64,000 nt of DNA, from positions 1,568,001-1,632,000 of the forward strand of contig CH464491.1 in assembly GCA_000002445.1 (NCBI GenBank), read 5' to 3'. Every line of letters starts with the position of its first letter. Within the stretch, counting starts at the first letter, position 1. The DNA comes from Trypanosoma brucei. Taxonomy: Eukaryota. The notes beneath the pieces were generated by a model. The model did not search any database, was not told the DNA's origin, and saw only the letters and a program-made list of their open reading frames with translations. A program made the translations under genes and the position numbers. Of the stretch, positions 19,501 to 28,507 are shown one piece after another.

Positions 19501-21756
19501 GGTATTAAGATGCAATTGGCACCCGTAGGGGAGCCGCATTGCTTTGGCGATTCGCTAACCTTCTTTGACGTCCAAATTGATCTGGAGGAGCCATTGCTTT
19601 GTATGAGGAGCACACCCGCTTCAACTGTGGACACAGCAGGTATCGGGGGAGGAAAAGATAGTCACACAACCGTTAACTCAATTGGTGTCGTGGGAAATAC
19701 GTGTAGGTTTGAGTCCCTTAGTTTGCAAGTGCCTGCATCTCTCGGTGTAAGAACGTTGACAGATGGCGGAACTTGTACGATGTTGTCATTGGATTGTCGC
19801 TCTACGCTAAATGACACGGCAACGTCTACAACGATGTCTGTGCAACATGACTCGTCGACACTGGCCTGCCTCTTCCTGACGCGGCCGAAGAATTGTCCAC
19901 CCTTGCGACTGTCAAATCAATGCACCTCTGTTTTACAGGGTTTGACCCGTAGTGGAAGGGGTAACTCTGCGCCGCTCGTGAATGACGTGATCGCGTGGCT
20001 TGTGGAAGGTGATGGGCAGAGGGACAGTTCGCTCCTTATTGTCCGTGTCAAGCACATCACTGGTGCTTTTACCACTGTTCCCATTAACGAGAGTTTTGTC
20101 ATGTCACAACTCCCACCCGTTGTCACACGTGACGGAGAGAACAGTACCGATGGTGAGACCACAAAAAAAATTGATAGGATTGCGCAAGATGTACTTCCTG
20201 TACACTTGGATGGTAGCATTTGGCCACACCGAAAGCAGCAAAGTTGCTTCCGTATTTGTCTAGATGACCATGATGAGGAAAAAATTGACATGCAAAAGCA
20301 AAGTAAAGCAGTGGGGGACAGTAACAAAAGTGGTGAGGGGCTGCCGATACAAACCAACCAGCTGCGCTTGTCGCTACCTTTGCTTCCCTTATATACGACA
20401 CTGTCCGAAGAACGTGCGCATCTGTCCATCTGTCGCGAGGGTCATATGGACCCCAGTGGCGGCGACAACCGTGTCAGCGTTCCCATTCCCTACAAAATGA
20501 CAGCAGCTTTCGCTGTGCAATACTCTTTCAAGTGCCATCAAGGTCGCGTTTACTGTCTTGTGCGAGCGAAAAATGTGATGAAGGGAACATCGCTTTGGCT
20601 TCGCGGCGCGCTACTTGAGTTAGTGGATGGGGATCGGTATTATGAACTGTCCCGCGTGTCGTCTGCTCTGGATCACTTGATGTTACGTGAGTGGAAGCCG
20701 GAGGAGTCGGTTCACTTGTTCTTCGAACTTGCACCTTCGTCCAATGCGCCACCGCAGGTGGATGAGAGACGCCACAGTGTAAGGGTGCAGTTAATTTATT
20801 CCAATTGGTCTGTAACGGAGAGGCTGAAACCCATGGAAGAGTATATCCTACGACCAATCCGATCTTCTGGCACCAAATTACCTTCCCCTATGGCGGAAAC
20901 TGCCCATTTTTCCGGTGTGATGAAGAGCAGTAGCAACTGGATGGAGCACACTAACGATACTCCACTGAGTCCCGCTTCGACAGAAACTCTGGAAGCGGAG
21001 ATAGGAGATGAACCGGAGGTAAATGCGGAGGTGGTGCGGGTTCAGTACGATATTTCTCATTTAGAAAAGTTGTACAGTTCGTGTAACACATTTAACGGTC
21101 CTCTGGCGAGTTTTACATCCAAGCATTCATGCCTCTTCAACGTTGATATTACCGCACAACCTCTCACGTGGAGTTCGGCGGGCCCAAACAAGACACCCAA
21201 GTCGATTTCTCTGGAGGCAAACAGATCCTCTCTCGGATGCACGATTGAGTTTACTGACGGGCCCGGCGCCAGGTATCTACCGGGTGATTGTGTTTTCCCC
21301 GTTGGTGAGCCCGTTCAATTCACCGTTACATTAGATCCTCTTGCACACAACTGGCCGGAGGACAGTGCGAGTGAAGAGGAGTTCATCGTCTGTCTAAAGG
21401 TTGACCCCGCATTTTGGTTTGCGGTTGGTAAACAAAGGTTGCGGTGCAGGCTGTCCATGATGGAGGAAACGGTTCTTCGCTTCACGGCGATACCTCTACC
21501 ACCGGGGGAAGAAGGCACGCACCGTGCAGTGTCGGTCGATTATCCCCTCCATCAATATCAAGTGATTGGAAATATCCGAAAGAAGGGCAGTGATGAGAGG
21601 GTTGAAGGCGAATTCAATGTTCCCACACCAACAGTTGAACTCCACTCGATACCGCGTCAAAGTGTAAGTGAAACCGACGGAGCGAAACAAGGGGAAAATG
21701 TGGCTATTGAAGTGGTTCAGTTCAGTGCGCTCATGCGAATACGACAACAACAATGA
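16594..21756 (+). CDS. Large hypothetical protein (~1720 aa from first ATG), no recognised domain
   Basis: Track ORF begins at TTG 16429 with a basic low-complexity leader; first in-frame ATG is at 16594 (MMGEQENVRF), downstream of pyrimidine-rich tracts at 16300-16400. Uninterrupted 5.1 kb ORF on the array strand, mixed composition, no motif I can assign. Confidence 0.55.
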   Translation: MMGEQENVRFLSPTGIVPFAADSPRGSDVIRRSFSLPAATVTFSLRQLNRDKCEIATPVAVENCFQVLQRHFEPYISASAVCNTCLPGSRLYLRFNKLTNATFHSEPSLLNVYVYAVDQAESRTRALHGAVREWQSMMKTSTEGSCLVMLYHQDLVDATSTSAVQAAVFGGEIKMPDQRKAEAAASAMGPYFDELGAMKFGPQQMCSYLPNEAPTRIIERLTAAYRNLTIQLTNIFNASQQRRPAYTPRGDTGLNSPPNEAWSLQRCWRAGYDLAAHYLQFGAVNKAMAIFSRMFDVYYYHSDDYNFLTKKESIEQLIRLSDMFHPASFPVQQGRYPSVLQDAAEPGAGLLFIVVCEMKCALLLERRDLAFARFNSFLQLAREKFAEDGESTKVTNSLQIVFLLRFAITAMQTNWAHNGALDDHSEARCDGSEASLSERQQSHESSQRNQPHPQQAQSVTDMSSPLRSGDQPHDSISVSVFSGNSSMSMPWPDAEVELGKEVIHETVDVDQSPDTTKRLKELCRMLKLEWVEKSVESGGDKLFVQLADEVLELVSDAGALLGYSETGEVVKESAVATFGVPEVDSVDAFVSFYRALTEAVALYYRLLNYRHREHALLYKLACSFSVKEPEKTVRLCQICLLPFVQQCGWLQLQVIIHRLLVEAMERVICQRKDQQRFVLEEDVTSMKESLLRLIAACGENEPLKREIEMLGGKGLNAGSLWCRLRRFMRDEGSFRFSLTEENGPKQVYDDEGGSDENAVGLSCFKLTGLLKYAQATCLRNKPILGDASEFGLLVASNGGGDDGSRGSSIGLQVNIGDTLYLCFEARCLFNILECDDEEEQSQGPHMTESLVPSATLVSKKDWDDDDETIHIVDVVDIISTYYSEQNQKVQWVWEFRACHAGNYRLHDITFQVGVTKLVYEHNVIPPLPSVEMFTPTETTGSPLNSFRCDFDKAETVALGCLFTVPEPDLGIKMQLAPVGEPHCFGDSLTFFDVQIDLEEPLLCMRSTPASTVDTAGIGGGKDSHTTVNSIGVVGNTCRFESLSLQVPASLGVRTLTDGGTCTMLSLDCRSTLNDTATSTTMSVQHDSSTLACLFLTRPKNCPPLRLSNQCTSVLQGLTRSGRGNSAPLVNDVIAWLVEGDGQRDSSLLIVRVKHITGAFTTVPINESFVMSQLPPVVTRDGENSTDGETTKKIDRIAQDVLPVHLDGSIWPHRKQQSCFRICLDDHDEEKIDMQKQSKAVGDSNKSGEGLPIQTNQLRLSLPLLPLYTTLSEERAHLSICREGHMDPSGGDNRVSVPIPYKMTAAFAVQYSFKCHQGRVYCLVRAKNVMKGTSLWLRGALLELVDGDRYYELSRVSSALDHLMLREWKPEESVHLFFELAPSSNAPPQVDERRHSVRVQLIYSNWSVTERLKPMEEYILRPIRSSGTKLPSPMAETAHFSGVMKSSSNWMEHTNDTPLSPASTETLEAEIGDEPEVNAEVVRVQYDISHLEKLYSSCNTFNGPLASFTSKHSCLFNVDITAQPLTWSSAGPNKTPKSISLEANRSSLGCTIEFTDGPGARYLPGDCVFPVGEPVQFTVTLDPLAHNWPEDSASEEEFIVCLKVDPAFWFAVGKQRLRCRLSMMEETVLRFTAIPLPPGEEGTHRAVSVDYPLHQYQVIGNIRKKGSDERVEGEFNVPTPTVELHSIPRQSVSETDGAKQGENVAIEVVQFSALMRIRQQQ

Positions 21757-22180
21757 ATGGACATACGGTATGAGTGGGATCGGTGCTGAAGAAATAGTTA
21801 ACGTGGGCGATATTTCGAACGTGGTGCTGTTGCGTAAGAAGCGGTTGTAATGGCTACTGAGACTCACTAACCATAAAACGCTAAGCTTTGCTTTTTTTTT
21901 TGCCCTATTTTGTCGTTACATCGGTGTGATGCTCTAAAAAGAAAAAGAGGATTGCAGCTGCCTAATACTGGTGATGGGCATATACTCACATGTCGTTTTC
22001 ACACATGTCATCTTTGATATACCTCACTGTTCTTTCGTTTTCCTACTTCCTTTACCGCCAAAACTACTGCTGAGTGTACTGTTAATGCCTCTTTTCGTTA
22101 TTCCTAGTGGCTCCCCTCCCGTCTCGTTTATACCATTTACAAAATGTTTGCAGTCGCAGAGTTCTGCACTTAAACAAAAA

Positions 22181-22196
22181 TATATATATATATATA
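22181..22196. repeat. (TA)8 microsatellite
   Basis: tatatatatatatata in the intergenic region upstream of the J-protein gene. Confidence 0.9.
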
Positions 22197-22347
22197 GTTT
22201 GGTGGGAATACGTGCTTTTCCCTTTGCCTTTACATACTCTTTACATTTAGTGGGTTTGATCATTGTATTCACAACCGTGTGTTGTCTGTTGTCGTCATCC
22301 ACAAGAAAAAAATATTGCTAATATCGGTACAACTTAGGGTACTGGTA

Positions 22348-23619
22348 ATGTTTTTTGTGACGTCAATAGTTCGCATGACAGTTCATGCACCCCGAGGTAT
22401 CCCGTTTCAAATAACCACGGGGGACGCTGTCAAATCTGTACAAAAAAAATACCACAAGCCTTTTTTTGGCGTCAGCATGGAATACTTGCAGTTAGGGCCA
22501 CCTTCAGCAGAGTTTCTCCCCTTTTACTTCTGTGAAGGAAGTATAAAAGGTACCTTTCGTGGTGTTGTGAGCTACAGAGACGCAGAAGGCGGTGCTAAAA
22601 ACAATGCAGGAATATCCGGTAATAGTGGAATGAGACAGGTAGTAACGGCGCCACAGCCCTTACAAAGTTCCTTTGGTCCGCACCAAACACAGATTTATGC
22701 CGGGTATAAATATAATTTACATTATGTTCAGGGTGTTTTGTGTAGTGAAACAAATCCTCTGCAGCTCCGTAACATGTCTTCTGTGAATGTAGAAGGAGCT
22801 ACTATAAATCTTTTTGAGCAGTCCACCCGAACGCTCAGGGTTTTTGTAGAACAAGAGGTGCGGAGGCAGGCGACAGAAACCGCATGCGCCATGATTAGTT
22901 CATATCATCCCAGTGCTTCAAACATTGTTGTAGAATTTATTGAGTTAAACATACATATCGACGACGTAATACCAGTTTTCATGCCGTGTTATGTGGTGAA
23001 GGCTTGTTATGACCAACAAGAGTATACGTTGTACGTTAACGGTGCCAGCGGACAAGTGACCGGACCTTTTTTAATAAACTCACTTTACGCAGGCCGTACG
23101 GCTGCAGTAGCCACAGCTCTTGTTACGTTGTGTCTAGCACCTAATAAGGGGGCGGGCTTCATTATGGGCTCTTTATTTGCTGTTCCCATGTATTACATCG
23201 CCTTCTACGCGGCGAGGTACTTTCCATTGTTGCGGCGTGACTACTCACGTAAACGACGGCAGAAACTGCGCGAGAAACATGAGAGTGACGACCGCAGTGG
23301 CTTTCGACCGGATATGAGTTCGAAACGTATCGATGAAGAATACAGTCGTTCATCTTACTGGGACACGCACGCTTATGAACAAAAATGGAGTCGAAAACAG
23401 GGGACTGTGAGAGATCCCCGCGGCTATTACGGGGCTCTTGGACTTAACGGAGGTGAATCGGTAAACGAAATCCGCTCAGCATACCGCAAGATTGTGCTCA
23501 CTGAACACCCAGACACCGGGGGTTCCACGGAGCGTATGACGAAAGTAAATGAGGCTTACCGTGTGTTACGTGACCCTAAAAAGCGGGAGGAGTACGATAG
23601 ATCAGGGTGCTACACATAA
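22348..23619 (+). CDS. Membrane-anchored J-domain protein (C-terminal DnaJ domain with HPDTGGS signature)
   Basis: Track start 22279 is GTG; first ATG 22348 (MFFVTSIVRMTVHAPRG), alternative ATG 22375. Hydrophobic segment(s) around aa 270-315 of the track protein (AAVATALVTLCLAPNKGAGFIMGSLFAVPMYYIAFYAARYF). C-terminal ~60 aa J domain at nt 23419-23601: YYGALGLNGGESVNEIRSAYRKIVLTEHPDTGGSTERMTKVNEAYRVLRDPKKREEYD with an HPD tripeptide. Confidence 0.7.
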   Translation: MFFVTSIVRMTVHAPRGIPFQITTGDAVKSVQKKYHKPFFGVSMEYLQLGPPSAEFLPFYFCEGSIKGTFRGVVSYRDAEGGAKNNAGISGNSGMRQVVTAPQPLQSSFGPHQTQIYAGYKYNLHYVQGVLCSETNPLQLRNMSSVNVEGATINLFEQSTRTLRVFVEQEVRRQATETACAMISSYHPSASNIVVEFIELNIHIDDVIPVFMPCYVVKACYDQQEYTLYVNGASGQVTGPFLINSLYAGRTAAVATALVTLCLAPNKGAGFIMGSLFAVPMYYIAFYAARYFPLLRRDYSRKRRQKLREKHESDDRSGFRPDMSSKRIDEEYSRSSYWDTHAYEQKWSRKQGTVRDPRGYYGALGLNGGESVNEIRSAYRKIVLTEHPDTGGSTERMTKVNEAYRVLRDPKKREEYDRSGCYT

Positions 23620-24269
23620 TCTACCACTAGAGTCGATGAACCTTTTTTTTTTCTGTTGCTGTTATGAAACTCCGGCAAATGTGCACCTCCTTTTCTCTCG
23701 GTCGTTCTCCCACATGAGTGTATGCATAGGCCAGGAGACTTTCTATTTATTATTATTTTTTTTGTTCATTTGCCAGCTTACAAGGAGAAGCGGGGCTCCG
23801 TGTGTTGACGCCGCAAATGGTGAACAAGAAGCATGCCTGTATCTCACAACTACGATGCCAGACCAATTGTTTCCACTATGAGTGTGTTTTCCTTTAATTT
23901 TCGATGCCACTCCCTTTGGGTGGCAGCCGTGCGTTTTCAGACGCTGGTATACGTAAGAGGAACGACTTCTGTTTGATATGTTGTACCATCGATACCTCAC
24001 TATTAAAGGGTGTGACATAACGGGAAGGGACTATGACATTCCTTACCTTCGGTACTCCCGAGCAGTTTTTTTTTAATCATCAATGAATAGTATGGTTATA
24101 TACATATATTCTGTGTGATTTCACGGCTGTATGTACGTGCGTGTGTGCATGTGTACATGGTCGCTCAACCTTTACAACACTTTTTTGTTACTTTCTCGGT
24201 AGCGGTCGCTTGGTGTTTCAACTTGATATTGAATTATCGTACGGCAAAGGTATGCAAAACGTTTTGTCA

Positions 24270-24355
24270 GTGTTAGTTTATTTTTCCTTTTCCCCCCTCG
24301 ACCGCCTTACTTTAACATCGAAAGGGGTAAATAGTAGTCGTTTTTTTTTTTTAAG
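24270..24355 (+). promoter_or_regulatory. Polypyrimidine tracts + AG upstream of the membrane-protein gene
   Basis: ttagtttatttttccttttcccccctcg ... cgttttttttttttaag. T13 run ending in aag at 24353-24355, 57 nt upstream of ATG 24412. Confidence 0.45.
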
Positions 24356-24411
24356 AAAGTTACAGTAAAGACTAACAAGAACAAAAGGTTAAGGGAAGGG
24401 AAAGGGTCGTT

Positions 24412-25866
24412 ATGATGAATCGTAACGAGAACTCTGGCTGCAAGGCACTTTGGTCGAACACGCGCTTGGAGTGGTGTTATTGGTGTCATCTAATTCGGAG
24501 TTCCAAATGCAGCTTTGCCCTCTTTTTCGCCGTACTATGTGTTCTGGCCATCATTGTGGGAAATACTATTTTACTTCTAGGTGTAAACTTTTGGTTGGAT
24601 TTAATGGTAAAGGAATCCACTGAGGGTTTCACTCCAATTGCTGTTCAGGTAATTGTTTGTTTATTTCTTGTTTTATGCTTTGGTGTCCTCATTATAGTTT
24701 ATATTGCGGTGTACGGTATAAAACCACTTGTGAGAGCGTTGTGTGACACAAACCGCGCGGGCAGCCCACTCTACCGCATGCTTCTCATATTTTCTTCCGG
24801 TGCGACAAATGGACTCTCGAGTGCTTTGGCCATTTATGCCATGACTTACACACCAGAATTTATGCAAGCCGTGCTTTTGAGTGTCATCCCCTTTTTTGCA
24901 CAGATTTGGACTTACGCATTAGTGCGGGAGGAGCGAGACAGGTGCTACTCGTCCATGACCCTCATTGGTTCGTTGGTGTTGTGCATAGCTGGTGTCCTTC
25001 TCGCATCTCTATCCTCCTTCTTTACCACTGACATGTCGACCAAAAAAGCCCCATGGGGTTGGGCTTTTGTGTACTTTTTGAGTTGTATTGTGTTTGGTTT
25101 GTGGTGCGTTGTGCAGAGGTTGTATTTTGACGCCATCATGATTAAAGGGACGAAACCTCAAGAAGGGGAACGTGAACCGCACCAACCACTGTCTCATCAG
25201 CACCCTGAAATTACAAACTCTGGTAGATATGAGGGCAGAGGTGGGCAGAGGTTGCCCGCTGAGGCCGCTGCCGCAGGAGTTGATGGGGTCACTCAGTCGA
25301 ACGAAGTCGAAGAGGTGGCATCGTCAGAAAATGCTGAGAATCCAATGCTGAACCGTGAGTGGGCGAAGCAGGACGAAAATGATTTAGCTGCCAAGGCGCT
25401 TGTTCTGTTCCTTGGGATCATTTTTCAGGCAATGGTTTCTTTTGCATTTGTCCCAATAGACGCCATTCCAGGGTTTGGTAACTCCAAGGATATGAAAGAA
25501 TCGTGGAAAAACTTCAGTGCTACCTTCGACTTCGTATTCGCCTCATGGTTTAATCTGCGATTTGGCTTACTTCATACCCTTGGGTTTCTAATGAGTTTTA
25601 TTGGTTGTGCATACCTAAATGAGAGATCTCCTCCGCTGGCCTCTGTTGTTCTCCAGTTGGCCGGCCCAATCACAAGTCTTGTGCTTATTATTATACCCGA
25701 ATGGGATGTATTTGGAGAGCATGGCATTTTGAGCCATAAGGCAAGTGGCGTGATTTTCTTAATTATCGCAGGTTGGGCGTACCATGTCTGGGAGGTTGCA
25801 TACCCAAATGCTTACAAAAGTGCTACGACAACAGCAGCAGTGATGCGAGGCACGGGAAATGTCTAA
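24412..25866 (+). CDS. Polytopic integral membrane protein (putative transporter, family not assigned)
   Basis: ATG at 24412, T-run and AG just upstream at 24340-24355. About 10-12 predicted hydrophobic helices (e.g. FALFFAVLCVLAIIVGNTILLLGV, VIVCLFLVLCFGVLIIVYIAVYGI, LVLFLGIIFQAMVSFAFVPIDAI). A ~80 aa acidic hydrophilic loop sits in the middle (EGEREPHQ...ENPMLNREWAKQDENDL). Confidence 0.6.
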   Translation: MMNRNENSGCKALWSNTRLEWCYWCHLIRSSKCSFALFFAVLCVLAIIVGNTILLLGVNFWLDLMVKESTEGFTPIAVQVIVCLFLVLCFGVLIIVYIAVYGIKPLVRALCDTNRAGSPLYRMLLIFSSGATNGLSSALAIYAMTYTPEFMQAVLLSVIPFFAQIWTYALVREERDRCYSSMTLIGSLVLCIAGVLLASLSSFFTTDMSTKKAPWGWAFVYFLSCIVFGLWCVVQRLYFDAIMIKGTKPQEGEREPHQPLSHQHPEITNSGRYEGRGGQRLPAEAAAAGVDGVTQSNEVEEVASSENAENPMLNREWAKQDENDLAAKALVLFLGIIFQAMVSFAFVPIDAIPGFGNSKDMKESWKNFSATFDFVFASWFNLRFGLLHTLGFLMSFIGCAYLNERSPPLASVVLQLAGPITSLVLIIIPEWDVFGEHGILSHKASGVIFLIIAGWAYHVWEVAYPNAYKSATTTAAVMRGTGNV

Positions 25867-27340
25867 ACGCATTTCAAAAACCTCTATCGTTTCGTTATTG
25901 TTTCTATAATATTAATATAAATAATATATTTTTAAATATTTTTTTTTGTTTCTAGGGGGTATATTTGTTGACTTCGGACCATATTTTCGTAGTCACGAGT
26001 ACAATACGTTGCGAAAATAGCTTATTCCTTTATTCGTGAGTGAAGAAAAAAGAAGTGAGCAGTAAGGGAAATTAAAAGGAACGTATTGGTGAAGAGACGG
26101 GAGTGGGGGATTGAATGAGGATACGGAAGTGATGGCGTGACGTAACGTTTTAAAAAAAATAAAAAAAAGAACAAAAAATCGTGTAAAATCAGGGAGTCTT
26201 GGTAACAGAGAGAACAGTATGTTGCAGTGATGCATCAACAATTACTGAATTTATATCGGAGGCACGATCGACTCGAGTAGAATAGAGAAATGAAATATCT
26301 GAAAGGTATGTAATGAGATGAATATATTCATTTAAGGGTTTACTCCACCACATCTTCCACACTATACAAGATATGGTAAGGTGAGCTATCGTCCATTGTT
26401 TTAACTGTGTACAGAAACACATTTCCTCCACGGGTATGTCGGTGAAGGAGGTTATTTATTTATTTTTTCTTACTTTTTTTTTCATTTATTTACATGTTCC
26501 ATTACTTTTGTAAAGACGGGAAAACGTTTAGTTTTACACTTATGTGGTTGATGTCGGGAGACTCAGAGGCCGCGCATCGTTTTTGGATAGTCTTCTTTTT
26601 GCTGTCATCGGCACAATCCCATTTTGGTTTTCGAATTTTACAAATTCATACGTTTTTACACGGTTCCAAAACCAATTAAAGGGAGCTGATTGGTGGGGAC
26701 GTAATGATTCTTTTTTTGTTGTTGCCGCTATTTCTCTGTATGGCTGATAGATTATGGCCGCATGCACATTTATGCTAGCGCTCAACGGACGCAAAGGTCA
26801 TTTTTTTTTTTCAGCCGTTCAATTCTCGGAAAGGTTTATAATGACTGAGGAGTCGTTCCACCATGTCACATGTTGGCGCAAATGTCACTTGAAGATCTCT
26901 AAAAAGAAAAAAAAAGAAATTGACATTAAAAAAAATAAACAAGGTTGGCTCCTTCTTCTTAAGAAATGGAGTGATGAGGATGCTTCTTCGAAACCGTCGT
27001 GGCTCTCATTCACTTTGTGCAGTGTTTCGTACGGAGAAAAGCATACCAATTATCCAATTTTTTTTTTGTTCCACATTAAAGATCGTTTTTTTTTCTTTGA
27101 TGATTTTGAAGCCCACTATTGCTGCGTACTGAAGTCTAGGAAAACCATGTCTTCGTAGTAGCACAGGGCCATTCGCTAGTGTTTACAATTTTCTTTTTTT
27201 TTTATTTTACCCCAAGCTTGAGACAGAGAAAGAGCTGTAAACGTGCCGCACTTCACGTTACACAGAGGGGGATAGAATAAATGAATCTTTTAAAGATAAT
27301 ATGTGTATCCCGTGTACTTGTATTGCTGTATGAAGTGCTT

Positions 27341-27361
27341 TATATATATATATATATATAT
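27341..27361. repeat. (TA)10 microsatellite
   Basis: tatatatatatatatatatat inside the 2.6 kb intergenic region. Confidence 0.9.
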
Positions 27362-28360
27362 GTCTGCTCATTTTTTTTGGTTTTTCCCCCGTTCCTTAGG
27401 TGTATTCCTGTATATTCAAATTTCTCATAAGGTCTGTGGTGTGAGTGACTTCACCAAATATGATCTCTAGAGTCACATTCCTCTTGAATGTTTAAGTTGG
27501 GAAAGCTTTCTGATTTTACTGAACTGGCTCTAACTATCCGCATGAGGCACAATCTTGTCGTTTATATTACTTAAGAGGGCGCAAAAAGATGGGGAGGGGG
27601 GAAAAAAGACGAATGGACCGCCATCAGTGACCGCTGATTGGTAATTTTATGCCTTCAAAAATAACTAACCTCTTTTAAGGAGTTTCGGCCCCTTCGTCCG
27701 TTGCATCCGTACTAACGCATAGGCAATCCGTGGTTGCATGCATAAAGGGAAAGGGATGAATATGTGCTGTAAAATGTGTAATGCACAATCACATGCCCCA
27801 AAGATGCACAGTGGTATATTAGCGACAAATGAAAAAATATCTTTAAGAGGGTGCATCTAAATGACCTCCGAGAGACAAATCCCTTAGAAACTCCTTGTGG
27901 TGGAGACGGAATAATTGGCCTTTGTCGCTAAGAAAATATTTTTTTTTTCTCATCTTGGCGAGGGTTACTTTTTGTTACAACATTATGACAGGGAGTAGAA
28001 CTAGTAGGGAAGTTAACCATTTAAGGGACAACGAAACGGTTTATCTGCCCCTTGATGGGTGCTTTTCCTTTTGTTCTCATGAGCAGCAGCTTTTATATCT
28101 CCGTACGGAAATCAAAAGAGGCAGTGGAGACCAATGACAAGCTGAAAGGGGACACTACAGTGAACGCAAAGTTGCGTCGTTTCCTTCTTGCGAACATGTT
28201 TTTAAAAAATCAAACATATATCAATGTCATGCGCCGCATCTACGTATAATGAGTCGTCAGAATCTCTGTCTTACTCGCCTTCTCATCGGGTTGCATGATG
28301 ATTCTCACACTGTTTCTCGTTTAGTTTTAAATGACTACTTAACTATCGTCTGTCTATAAT

Positions 28361-28458
28361 TTTTTTTCTTTTGAATATTTTTGATTACTGAATTCTTTTC
28401 AATGCCTTACACCTTATCTTTTTTATTCACCTCTCTTTTTCTTTCTTTCTTTCTTAAG
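28361..28458 (+). promoter_or_regulatory. Polypyrimidine tract + AG; candidate spliced-leader acceptor region for the DEAH helicase mRNA
   Basis: About 95 nt almost pure C/T (tttttttcttttgaatatttttgattactgaattcttttcaatgccttacaccttatcttttttattcacctctctttttctttctttctttctt) ending in aag at 28456-28458, 50 nt upstream of ATG 28508. Function inferred from the kinetoplastid trans-splicing paradigm. Confidence 0.5.
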
Positions 28459-28507
28459 TGGCGTGCGGGCTTCAATCGCAAACTGTGGGACTCTTTGAGC
28501 CCTTGAG

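Noticed and set aside
26754-27158. 134-aa + strand ORF in the long intergenic spacer (and 60863-61252, 129 aa, GTG-initiated)
   Set aside because: Lys/Phe-rich product generated by A-runs and T-runs (KKKKKEIDIKKNK, FFFF). No ATG near the 5' end of the 60863 ORF. Typical UTR or intergenic sequence, not coding.
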